Part shown: positions 10,398 to 18,534 of the stretch, piece after piece
Numbering within the stretch: the first letter of the stretch is position 1
Layout of the letters: every line of letters starts with the position of its first letter
Source: a virus
Lineage: Duplodnaviria > Caudoviricetes
Length of the DNA: 33,562 nucleotides
Reading direction: 5' to 3' (one strand)
IMG/VR virus record: IMGVR_UViG_3300022879_000009
Coordinates: 1-33,562 of that record
The notes under the pieces: generated by a model
Database searches by the model: none
Told to the model about the DNA's origin: nothing
What the model saw: only the letters and a program-made list of their open reading frames with translations
Made by a program: the position numbers and the translations under genes

Positions 10398-10646
10398 CTA
10401 CTGTAACTCTTCTACTATCTCATTAAACAACTGTTGTCCTTTTTCTGGATATCTTTCTAATCCACCATCAGCGAAATATTCACCTTCACTACAAATGATT
10501 TCAATCAGCACTTCACCTTTCTCCCACACTTGCAAAGAGAATGCGACACATGATTCGAATTCTTTTAATGCTTCTTCTCTGTCCGCTGTCGCTAACATAA
10601 TATCCGTATCAGCATGGTCCCACATCACAACTGTATAGATCAGCAC
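10398..10646 (-). CDS. Hypothetical protein
   Basis: RBS GAGGTGA before GTG; followed by a terminator-like hairpin with T-run (10377-10402). Confidence 0.7.
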   Translation of the reverse strand: MLIYTVVMWDHADTDIMLATADREEALKEFESCVAFSLQVWEKGEVLIEIICSEGEYFADGGLERYPEKGQQLFNEIVEELQ

Positions 10647-10730
10647 GAAATCACCTCAAAAGAATCATATTTTAAAAAATCAATAACGAAATTTGTTGTA
10701 TGCACGAGAAATGAATACATATTCAAAATG

Positions 10731-10758
10731 ACTGCCGATAATTATACTTATGTAAACA
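10731..10758 (+). other. dif-like Xer (CodV/RipX) recombination site
   Basis: ACTGCCGATAA-TTATAC-TTATGTAAACA in 11-6-11 format versus B. subtilis dif ACTTCCTAGAA-TATATA-TTATGTAAACT (right arm 10/11). Confidence 0.8.
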
Positions 10759-10984
10759 AGGTTTTTGGGGAATACACCGTCATATCAACGTTTGTTGCAC
10801 TTTTGAGAACTTCCACTTACAACATCTTTTATACATTGTTGATTTTACGCTGTTTTCAGCACCTAATCACCGTTATTTCCTGCATAAACTTCACCTTGTT
10901 AACTATCTCTATTTTTCTCCATATAGTCACACACTCACTAATTATCTATTTGAAGACCAATAAACTTACAAGGAGAGATTTATT

Positions 10985-11104
10985 ATGGAAAATAAACAGA
11001 TAGATGATAAAAACAAGCCCGAACTACAGGACTTTGTATTATTTATTGAGTTGATCAACAAGACACTTGAATTGGTTGATAATTTAGCGCGTTTATTCAA
11101 TTAA
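10985..11104 (+). CDS. 39-aa counter-oriented small protein (not in ORF track)
   Basis: RBS AAGGAGA; MENKQIDDKNKPELQDFVLFIELINKTLELVDNLARLFN; hairpin AGCGCGTT..AACGCGCT plus T-run at the stop. Confidence 0.6.
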   Translation: MENKQIDDKNKPELQDFVLFIELINKTLELVDNLARLFN

Positions 11105-11144
11105 CGCGCTTCTTTATTTTCGTTCGTTGTGTTCGTTTGTTTTG

Positions 11145-11345
11145 TTAGATAAATAAACTTATAACCGTTCCGAAGATTGTTCCAACTAAACCGTATTTAA
11201 ATAATCGAACATTCTTTTTTAACTCTTGTTTGTATTCCGATTTATTTGATAGTCCAGATAATAACCAACAAAATATCGCCGCTATCGTTCCATACACAAT
11301 TCCTAATAACACATCATGCAACATATTCCCCTCACCCCTTATCAT
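11145..11345 (-). CDS. Small two-TM membrane protein
   Basis: Two hydrophobic segments; start may be MLHDV. Confidence 0.7.
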   Translation of the reverse strand: MIRGEGNMLHDVLLGIVYGTIAAIFCWLLSGLSNKSEYKQELKKNVRLFKYGLVGTIFGTVISLFI

Positions 11346-11703
11346 CCCTTAACACTCTCAACTGCTCCATTTCCTTATCTACCATCTTTGCAACTTCATC
11401 CGCAGGTTCATAAGTCTTTTCAAATATATCTGCTTTACATGGATAAACTTCACCATTAACACCTTTAATGATGTAATCACCATAAGCACCTTTCATTCGT
11501 CCTTCAAGCGTATGAATTTCGCACCATAAGTTTGTAGAACGTTCAAAAGGACTCGATAGCTCATCACCACAGTATGTAATGATTTCATTGCTAGTTACCT
11601 TATCCTGAAACCAATCCGGTCTATTATCTATGCCGTATCTAAAGGCTTCAATAGTAACAGGTTTCTTCCTGTATTCCGCCACTACCATCATCCTCCTAAT
11701 CAA
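11332..11703 (-). CDS. Conserved phage protein (YRKKPV..EA family)
   Basis: YRKKPVTIEA..IHTLEG..GDYIIKGVNGEVYPCKADIFEKTYE. Confidence 0.8.
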   Translation of the reverse strand: MIRRMMVVAEYRKKPVTIEAFRYGIDNRPDWFQDKVTSNEIITYCGDELSSPFERSTNLWCEIHTLEGRMKGAYGDYIIKGVNGEVYPCKADIFEKTYEPADEVAKMVDKEMEQLRVLRDDKG

Positions 11704-11786
11704 ATATCCATTTCATTCAACTTCACGTTTAATGTGTAATTTCTATATAACAAAGAAAAAAGCACCCGTTATGGATGCTTTTTTTT

Positions 11787-12200
11787 CTAGATAGTTTTGT
11801 ACAAATTGATAATAGACTGTGAATATGTTGACGCCCAACTTTTATTAGAATCTAGCGTACTACTAAAGAACAATTTTTTTCCATTATCAAACTTTAATTT
11901 TAATTGATATTCATTATATTCATACTGGTTTTTAATTAACGACTTAGATAATACTTTGCATTTAAATTGCTTGTATTGATAATCTTCTTTTATTTTTTTG
12001 ATAGTTAAGTAACCATCTTTTAAAAAGAATATTAACTCTATTTCCTCATTGTTCCATAAGTTTCTAGGATAAAAGAATACAAAGTCTTTGGTTTCATCAT
12101 AAAGTTCGTTCAAGTCTTTTATAATTCTTAAGTAAACACTGGAGTCACTAAAATTTCGACCTCGTGCATTTTCTTTAAACTGCTCATATGTCATCCCCAT
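11787..12200 (-). CDS. Moron, hypothetical protein
   Basis: Very AT-rich; has its own promoter and terminator (11756-11786). Confidence 0.75.
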   Translation of the reverse strand: MGMTYEQFKENARGRNFSDSSVYLRIIKDLNELYDETKDFVFFYPRNLWNNEEIELIFFLKDGYLTIKKIKEDYQYKQFKCKVLSKSLIKNQYEYNEYQLKLKFDNGKKLFFSSTLDSNKSWASTYSQSIINLYKTI

Positions 12201-12224
12201 TATTTCACCCCATTCTCTCTATCT

Positions 12225-12251
12225 ATTCGACAGAAAACAGGGAAATCCTAC
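12225..12251 (-). promoter_or_regulatory. SigH-type promoter for the moron
   Basis: GTAGGATTT-N11-GTCGAAT matches the Bacillus SigH consensus. Confidence 0.65.
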
Positions 12252-13089
12252 AAAACAAAAAGCCATCACCTAAGGTGACAGCTCCTAAAGGGGAAGAGAG
12301 ATAACAAATGGCAATAAGTATCTCTTCATTCAAGATTAAGATGAGGTACTCTCAACCTTCTCCAAGCCACCGCATCATGTAATTTTCTAGCTCTTATTAG
12401 CTACGCGCTTTACGTTCGGTGGCTAGGAGAAGACTAAGAATCTTCTCGTTTATACTCCGTAGAGTCGGTGATACGAACACCATTTTTATATTGTCGAATA
12501 TAAAGGGAATCAATCTTTATATTCATATCAAGACGGTACTGCATTTTTCCACCGCCTTACTCTAGATAACAAGATTAGTAGGGGGACACGCGGACAAGGG
12601 GAATTATCCGTCTTATTATCTAGAGTAAAGAGGTGACTAGTCTCTTTACACCCTGTTTTATCCCAATAGTAAAAATCGTGAGTAATTACTATAGGTGATA
12701 ATTCAAGTTACGTATACAACCATTTTATAACGTGTGACTTTTTAGAACGAGTTCACTCAATCATGAGCAACCCCCCATTCTAGAAATAGACACATACAGG
12801 AATACTGACTTTTATATCAATATTCAATACAGAAGGTGGATTCTGCTGTACTGATCGATTGATACAAATTAGAAACAGCATGACGAATGCGAGTTATCTC
12901 TACACCCGCCACACTGGAATATGTCATTGTAATTCATTCATTGGTCTTTTCGTCTTAACGCGGGTTCTTACCGCCTAGCCCGCCCTTTTTGCGGTATACG
13001 TTACCGTGACATTCTCGCATAAGAACGTTTCACTTATAGGTGTACTAATCCTCTTCGATATGCGGTTGTCAAAGGGCTTGTACCTATAA
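12252..13089 (-). ncRNA. Putative long structured RNA (hairpin array) at the 5' end of the late region
   Basis: No credible ORF; about 14 consecutive inverted repeats; ends in a terminator hairpin (12261-12283) plus U-run. Confidence 0.6.
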
Positions 13090-13134
13090 TTTACCGTTAT
13101 TTTCATTTGCAAAAACTCCCCAAAAAATATGCTA

Positions 13135-13154
13135 TTTCTCTGCTTTTTCTCTGC
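13135..13154 (-). promoter_or_regulatory. Direct repeats, candidate ArpU binding site of the late promoter
   Basis: TTTCTCTGC x2 with 11-bp period right after the arpU stop; analogous to RinA-family sites. Confidence 0.5.
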
Positions 13155-13159
13155 CATTT

Positions 13160-13528
13160 TCAAATGATTCCTAATGTAGTAGCAATCAGTTTAATTGCAC
13201 TCTTCTTCTTCTCATAAAAGTATGAGTTCTTCATCATCAGTTCGTTTTGTACGAATGAATCTTTAACTGGCTTATTATCTAGAAACTTCATAGTAATGAT
13301 ATTTCTTTCATCTTCATCCAAGATGTTGTTTAATGCTTTTTCAATTTGTTGCACCTTCATCCTATTTGTTACCCTTGAATCACGTAACTCAGGGAATAAA
13401 CTGATTCCTTCTTGTTCCACTTCATTATTGAATCGCATCTTTAATGCACGGTATTCCTTTAAGATGCTGACTACTTCCTTTTGCACTTTCTTGTCATCGA
13501 TTGCTGGTAATAAAGTTAATTGTTCCAT
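13160..13528 (-). CDS. ArpU/RinA-family late transcriptional activator
   Basis: LDEDERNIITMKFL..YFYEKKKSAIKLIA; last gene of the early operon. Confidence 0.9.
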   Translation of the reverse strand: MEQLTLLPAIDDKKVQKEVVSILKEYRALKMRFNNEVEQEGISLFPELRDSRVTNRMKVQQIEKALNNILDEDERNIITMKFLDNKPVKDSFVQNELMMKNSYFYEKKKSAIKLIATTLGII

Positions 13529-13667
13529 GAAGGAATCCCCCTGTTTCTGAATTTGTTTTTTAACATCACATAAGGTACGTGAAATTTTACTATCTCTTTG
13601 TTGAATAAGGGAACGATGCTTAGTAAAGTAGCCCCCACCAATCTACTCTGCATGGTTCCGTTATCCA

Positions 13668-13865
13668 TTAAGCTGATACCTTTTTATTCATAGCTTCTAT
13701 CTTCTTATCCTCATTATGAATTCTCCAGCCATCATTAAAATGGTCCACTAACTCCTGATACTTAAATACATCGAATATCGTAACGTACTGATTATCTCCA
13801 AACCCTGGTTCTTTTCGGAATAACGTGTATTCTCGTGTACCTTCGTATCTTTTAATGACACTCAC
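13668..13865 (-). CDS. Hypothetical protein
   Basis: Coupled to rusA. Confidence 0.7.
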   Translation of the reverse strand: MSVIKRYEGTREYTLFRKEPGFGDNQYVTIFDVFKYQELVDHFNDGWRIHNEDKKIEAMNKKVSA

Positions 13866-14293
13866 CCCTTAATTTCTTTTATAAATACCTCAACGCGTGG
13901 TTTCTCTGAATACCATTTACTTACCTTTAGATCCACTACCTGACTGTCATCATTCCATATGACCTTATTGAGTGCATCCTTCACGCCCTTCACGTAATTA
14001 TCAACATCTGGCTTGGTTGTTGGTCTGAGTAATCCTTCTTCTGCTGCTAATGCCTTCTTTTTAGAGAAGGACTTGAGAGAAGGCTTGTACACCTTCACCT
14101 CAAGTTGTAATGGTCCTTCTAGTAATTTATCCGGTGCATACTGCGAAGCTACTAATCCTACATACTGTTTAAAGTCACGCGACTTACTCGGATCGTACAT
14201 TTTAACTTCAACCTTACCATTTGCTTTCTTTCTCGCCGATGCTCTCGGACGACCTTGGGCCACTGGTTCTCCCAATACTGTGAATTTAATCAT
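13862..14293 (-). CDS. rusA: RusA-family Holliday junction resolvase
   Basis: GEPVAQGRPR, KPDVDNYVKGVKDALN, WNDDSQV; start MIKF at 14293. Confidence 0.93.
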   Translation of the reverse strand: MIKFTVLGEPVAQGRPRASARKKANGKVEVKMYDPSKSRDFKQYVGLVASQYAPDKLLEGPLQLEVKVYKPSLKSFSKKKALAAEEGLLRPTTKPDVDNYVKGVKDALNKVIWNDDSQVVDLKVSKWYSEKPRVEVFIKEIKG

Positions 14294-14294
14294 G

Positions 14295-14471
14295 CTACGC
14301 CTCCATTTGTCCTTTGCACTCTTCAAGAAAATCAATAACTTCCTGAACATGTTCCCTTGTTGTCATACTCTCCATTACGTATCCTGCATCGTTATAAACA
14401 TTGACCTTATTCTCCGTAAACTCCATTCCACACATTCCGTCTGCACCTAATAACCTTACGTTACCTTCCAT
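14295..14471 (-). CDS. 58-aa hypothetical protein (not in ORF track)
   Basis: RBS GAGG; MEGNVRLLGADGMCGMEFTENKVNVYNDAGYVMESMTTREHVQEVIDFLEECKGQMEA. Confidence 0.75.
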   Translation of the reverse strand: MEGNVRLLGADGMCGMEFTENKVNVYNDAGYVMESMTTREHVQEVIDFLEECKGQMEA

Positions 14472-14508
14472 TCTTGTAACCTCACTTTCTATTCAAAGGA
14501 TTATTTTA

Positions 14509-14865
14509 TTAAGAATTAATAATTTCTTTAATTCTATTAAGCTTGTCTAAGTGATTATCGTTTAACGTTTCTCGATCAACACCAATACTTGCTCGTCTAC
14601 GTGAATTCATCGTTTCGATATAGCAGGAATGTTTATTTTCTTTATCTTTAGCAACCATCTGAATACCCTCAAAAGATGCGTCACATACATACTTTGTATC
14701 TTCGAACAGCTCTTTCCAATTTTCCTTTAAATACAATCCCATGTAATACTCTATATCCTCGCCACACGAAACACTTAACTCAACTTCAAACTGATCATCC
14801 ATTGTCGCTACAAGAAAAACCATATAAGCTCTTATTTCAGTTAATTTACCAATGTTCTCTTTCAT
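14509..14865 (-). CDS. Hypothetical protein
   Basis: ORF with RBS in operon orientation. Confidence 0.75.
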   Translation of the reverse strand: MKENIGKLTEIRAYMVFLVATMDDQFEVELSVSCGEDIEYYMGLYLKENWKELFEDTKYVCDASFEGIQMVAKDKENKHSCYIETMNSRRRASIGVDRETLNDNHLDKLNRIKEIINS

Positions 14866-14960
14866 TTCTTCTTCCTTCCCTGAATAAAAATCAATATTAT
14901 GTCAATACTGTAGATACCCATTTCTAAGCTTGGAGTAGTTAGCTTTTGCTAGCTGCTCTT

Positions 14961-15326
14961 TTATTGCTTGTCCACTTCAACCCACTTATCACCATCTAAC
15001 AACCAGCCTTGTTTATATAATTCTTCTAAAGTTTTGATTCGTTTCTCTCTAACGCTACAAACCATCTCTGTCATAGATCTTAAACCTTTTTGGTGCTCGG
15101 CTATTCTTCTTTCGTAATCATCCATATCTTCTTCATAATTCTTAACATATCGCTTATACGCGTTAACTCTTTGCTCATCCCACTTAGCTTCTTCCTTAAT
15201 CGGCATAACCCAATGAACTACACCAGTATCCTTAGTTAAATACTCTGCCTCTTCAAGTGCCTTAAAATAGTCCTCATTAGTTGTCATTACTTCCCCATCT
15301 AAATAAACTCCGTATTCCATATCCAT
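14961..15326 (-). CDS. Hypothetical protein
   Basis: ORF with RBS AAGGGG. Confidence 0.75.
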   Translation of the reverse strand: MDMEYGVYLDGEVMTTNEDYFKALEEAEYLTKDTGVVHWVMPIKEEAKWDEQRVNAYKRYVKNYEEDMDDYERRIAEHQKGLRSMTEMVCSVREKRIKTLEELYKQGWLLDGDKWVEVDKQ

Positions 15327-15356
15327 TCCCCTTTTCTATAAAATGAAATTTTTATA

Positions 15357-15551
15357 TTAGTCTTCTTCAAGTACCGTAACAGTTAAGTAATTCCGTGCTC
15401 TCTTCCGCTTTGCTAACTTCCTCTGATAAGCTGGTGTTGTATAATATCGAACCGTTGCAGGAAGTACGCCCATATGTTGAGCACATTCCTTTACGGTCCC
15501 AATACAAACGAATGATTCACCTTTATAAACGACGTACTCCTTTAGGTTCAC
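15357..15551 (-). CDS. Small conserved phage protein, HTH-like
   Basis: IGTVKECAQHMGVLPATVRYY. Confidence 0.75.
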   Translation of the reverse strand: MNLKEYVVYKGESFVCIGTVKECAQHMGVLPATVRYYTTPAYQRKLAKRKRARNYLTVTVLEED

Positions 15552-15829
15552 TGTAATCTCCCTCTGTATATCTTCTTGATCTGCGCTTCAGTGAATCCCT
15601 CATATACTGCAAACACTTCAGGAAACTCACTTAAACACAAATCGATGATAGTATTGTCTGTCGTACGTATATAAAAGTACTTAACCAATCCAATGTAATC
15701 ATGGTGTAAGTAATAACTCTGAATCTCGTAATTGTATCCGTTAGCTTCCAACACTTCATATAGCTTGTTTTTCGTCTCATCCATATCGAACATGGATAAT
15801 TGCCCTTCGATTTCCACCTGTTCTAACAT
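15548..15829 (-). CDS. Hypothetical protein
   Basis: Contains GQLSMFD, a beta-clamp-binding-like motif. Confidence 0.75.
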   Translation of the reverse strand: MLEQVEIEGQLSMFDMDETKNKLYEVLEANGYNYEIQSYYLHHDYIGLVKYFYIRTTDNTIIDLCLSEFPEVFAVYEGFTEAQIKKIYRGRLQ

Positions 15830-15859
15830 TTCCCCATCCCCCTTTCTGCTTAATAAAGG

Positions 15860-16261
15860 CTATATCTGAAAAACTTCCCACTCCTTCGAATCAATAAGGC
15901 GTTGCGCTTCCTCAGGCGAAATTGTTACTCCTGATCCATCTGCATAAACAACGTAAATTGCTCCTGTATAAAAACCATCCATATCTTGATCAAGTGAAAT
16001 CATCATATTTCCTATTGTTTTGCTTTTTACAAACTCACAACCGTCGATATCCTCTATACGAAACTTTTCAGTTGGTTCAGTATTTTCAATAACACTAATT
16101 TCTTGCGCACAATCTTCTAAGTTACTAGTAAGGTAATAAGCATCATCTACATATTGTGAGTTGATTGTAATTGTGTGTGCTTTAGTAATGATTGTTATCT
16201 TGCCGCCTTTTATGCCATCTTCATTCTCTTTTAGTTCATCAACTTTTATATCCATATCCAT
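15860..16261 (-). CDS. Hypothetical acidic protein
   Basis: ORF with RBS AAGGGG. Confidence 0.75.
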   Translation of the reverse strand: MDMDIKVDELKENEDGIKGGKITIITKAHTITINSQYVDDAYYLTSNLEDCAQEISVIENTEPTEKFRIEDIDGCEFVKSKTIGNMMISLDQDMDGFYTGAIYVVYADGSGVTISPEEAQRLIDSKEWEVFQI

Positions 16262-16292
16262 TCCCCTTTTCTATTAAAATTCAAATTTGGTC

Positions 16293-16739
16293 TTACTTAA
16301 CCCCTGTAGATCCAAACCCGCCAACGCCACGCTCACTATCCGACAGCTCGTCAACCTCGACGAAATTGGCTGCTACCACTGGCGCTATGACGCCTTGAGC
16401 AATGCGAGTTCCTTTTTCAATTACATTTGCTTGTATATTTGTCGTTTTAGGTACTTCAGTATTATCAACTAGTACCCCAACTTCACCGCGATATCCACTA
16501 TCCACAGTCCCTAATACAACTCGTAACTTTGTATTACGCGTCATACCGCTACGCGGTCTCACCTGCAATTCATATCCTGGCGGAATCTCAAAAGCCAATC
16601 CAGTTGGCACAACCTTCGTTTCACCTGGCCATATAATCGTGTCCTCTGCTGCAACTAAATCAAAACCAGAATCCCCAGGCTTCGCATATTTTGGCAACTC
16701 CACATCTTTCACTCGTTTAATCTTTACTCGTAAATTCAT
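16293..16739 (-). CDS. dut: Trimeric dUTPase
   Basis: All five motifs: SGFDL, RPRSG, GTVDSGYRGE, RIAQ, RGVGGFGSTG. Confidence 0.97.
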   Translation of the reverse strand: MNLRVKIKRVKDVELPKYAKPGDSGFDLVAAEDTIIWPGETKVVPTGLAFEIPPGYELQVRPRSGMTRNTKLRVVLGTVDSGYRGEVGVLVDNTEVPKTTNIQANVIEKGTRIAQGVIAPVVAANFVEVDELSDSERGVGGFGSTGVK

Positions 16740-16962
16740 TTTCTTTCCCCTTCCATCTCACAACTAAGTTTTGTAATCTATCTCTTTCTTCCGTATGGTG
16801 CTTATAATGTGACTTCGCTATTTGTAATTGCGCTTCTAAATTATTAACCTCGCAAAACCATTTACTAGCTTGTCCTTGTTCGTGATTCAGCGCTTGTTCA
16901 TACAGTTCGATATGTTCAGCCTTCATCCAAACACCCCTCCTAAAATCCCAATTCTTCTTCAA
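16717..16962 (-). CDS. Coiled-coil hypothetical protein
   Basis: In operon; start may be MKAEH. Confidence 0.7.
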   Translation of the reverse strand: MKKNWDFRRGVWMKAEHIELYEQALNHEQGQASKWFCEVNNLEAQLQIAKSHYKHHTEERDRLQNLVVRWKGKENEFTSKD

Positions 16963-17176
16963 ACTCTTTCCTTACAAATCCAACAAGTGGTTTTCCATTA
17001 GGGAATACCGTTACCGGAGCCGCGCTATATCCGTAAGTATCAAACTCTTTTCTGTATTTTTCCTTTTCTTCGATATTACGAGTTTCATATTCTACTTGAG
17101 CAGCGCCTAACGCCCATTTAACCTCTTCACAGTTCTTGCAATTATTTTTCGTATAAACAACGATCTTAGTTGCCAT
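16940..17176 (-). CDS. NrdH/glutaredoxin-like protein
   Basis: VYTKNNCKNC and GYSAAPV motifs. Confidence 0.92.
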   Translation of the reverse strand: MATKIVVYTKNNCKNCEEVKWALGAAQVEYETRNIEEKEKYRKEFDTYGYSAAPVTVFPNGKPLVGFVRKEFEEELGF

Positions 17177-17246
17177 TCTCTTCAGTCTCCTTTGCTTCTG
17201 CTAATAGTTGAGTTACTTCAAAAACACCGTTTTGTAATTCCATCAT
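17166..17246 (-). CDS. 26-aa peptide (not in ORF track)
   Basis: RBS AAGGAG; MMELQNGVFEVTQLLAEAKETEENGN overlaps both neighbours. Confidence 0.5.
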   Translation of the reverse strand: MMELQNGVFEVTQLLAEAKETEENGN

Positions 17247-17656
17247 TTCTTATCCACTCCTTTTAGTAGTTCTTTATTTTCAAACTTATTACCAATCACT
17301 TCAGCGTAATGTTTCATCCTGAACAAGTACCAACCGCCACAACTTAGCTCCATGTATTCGTTATAGTAAACTTCATAATTCCCATTGATATCAATTGACC
17401 CTTGGAAAGGATGATCGCTTATTTTTACAATGTCACCTTCATAAATTGGATTGCCTTTTTGGTCATTCACTCCTGTGTATTGCAGGTATTGCAAATGATG
17501 TAAAACCTTGAACTCTTCTTCCTCTTCTGTTATGTCGTATGCAACGATACCGTTAGACTCAAGTCCGAAACTTATATTTCCTTCTTCACCAACGTAATAC
17601 ATTTCATCTTTCACGTTGTCCCATGCTCTATACTTAATCTCTCTCATTCTCTCCAT
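17243..17656 (-). CDS. YopX-family protein
   Basis: REIKYRAWD, LQYTGVND..IYEGDIV, EVIGNKFENKELL. Confidence 0.93.
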   Translation of the reverse strand: MERMREIKYRAWDNVKDEMYYVGEEGNISFGLESNGIVAYDITEEEEEFKVLHHLQYLQYTGVNDQKGNPIYEGDIVKISDHPFQGSIDINGNYEVYYNEYMELSCGGWYLFRMKHYAEVIGNKFENKELLKGVDKK

Positions 17657-17774
17657 CTCCCTTTAACAGCCCCGCCAATTCCTCGCAACTCCCCTCAAAG
17701 AGATCGCGCCCATCCTGTAACTTGTATATGTGATTATCGATTAATTTGTTGATTAAAACGTCTTGCTTGTCCAT
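17634..17774 (-). CDS. 46-aa FbpA-like small protein (not in ORF track)
   Basis: RBS AGGAGG; MDKQDVLINKLIDNHIYKLQDGRDLFEGSCEELAGLL resembles Fur-regulated basic protein A. Confidence 0.6.
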   Translation of the reverse strand: MDKQDVLINKLIDNHIYKLQDGRDLFEGSCEELAGLLKGDGENERD

Positions 17775-17782
17775 GTTGCCTC

Positions 17783-18238
17783 CTAGCTGATTTCCTGTTT
17801 CTTTCTCTTCCTAACTGGCTTCGTAGCCGCTACATCCATATCCCACTTCATTGCGAGTATTCTTGTTTGCAAAGTACTACCGCAAATTCCATTTTTTCTA
17901 GCTTTGTCAAAGATTTCTTTAGGAATAATACGTTTTTTAGAGTTCAATTTTTCTACAACTTCTTGACAAGTAAGTATTGGTTTCGTCGCCGCTTCTTCTG
18001 GGTCCCACTTATGAACAATTACGCGATTTATAAAGTTTCGATATGAAATCCCATTTTGTTCAGCCAACTCTACGAATTCCTTATATTTCTTTTTCAACGA
18101 GACATATATAGGTTTTGTAATTGCATTCTCAATCGACCAATTCAGTTTATTGACACGTTGGTCTACATTGTTCTTCGATATACCGTTACGTGCTGCAATC
18201 TCGTAATCTTTTTCTGTTGGAACTGGTTTGTATTTCAT
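17783..18238 (-). CDS. Repeat-HTH protein, paralog 3 (3 units)
   Basis: A..NGI....RV...W..E.A.T.P units. Confidence 0.8.
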   Translation of the reverse strand: MKYKPVPTEKDYEIAARNGISKNNVDQRVNKLNWSIENAITKPIYVSLKKKYKEFVELAEQNGISYRNFINRVIVHKWDPEEAATKPILTCQEVVEKLNSKKRIIPKEIFDKARKNGICGSTLQTRILAMKWDMDVAATKPVRKRKKQEIS

Positions 18239-18534
18239 TTCCCTGTCACCTTCTTTTTCCTTACTGGTTGTGTAGCCGCTTTATAATGTCCCCAACCGCT
18301 TTTTAACCTGTCATGAAAAGCCCTTGATTTTATACCGTTCTCTCTCGCTAATTTAAGCCATTTATGATTTTCCCCTTTATATTCATGCCTAACCGTTCCA
18401 GGAGGAGCGGTTAATGCTTCTTCTAGTTCCCATTTATCCGATCTATAAACACGATAGTATAGCGTTCTTGTGCTTATTCCGTTAGCTTTTGCTCTCGCTC
18501 GTTCTTCATCAGTTAACCAACGATTTAAAGCCAT
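18235..18534 (-). CDS. Repeat-HTH protein, paralog 2 (2 units)
   Basis: Same repeat unit. Confidence 0.8.
   Translation of the reverse strand: MALNRWLTDEERARAKANGISTRTLYYRVYRSDKWELEEALTAPPGTVRHEYKGENHKWLKLARENGIKSRAFHDRLKSGWGHYKAATQPVRKKKVTGK

Noticed and set aside
10614-11003. 129-aa plus-strand ORF
   Set aside because: No RBS, atypical composition, runs over the dif-like sites.
12252-13089. CRISPR array or tRNA cluster
   Set aside because: No identical direct repeats with spacers; no T-loop GTTCRA cloverleaf recognised.
12975-13163. 62-aa ORF after arpU
   Set aside because: Overlaps the predicted late promoter and hairpins with no clear RBS; not fully excluded.
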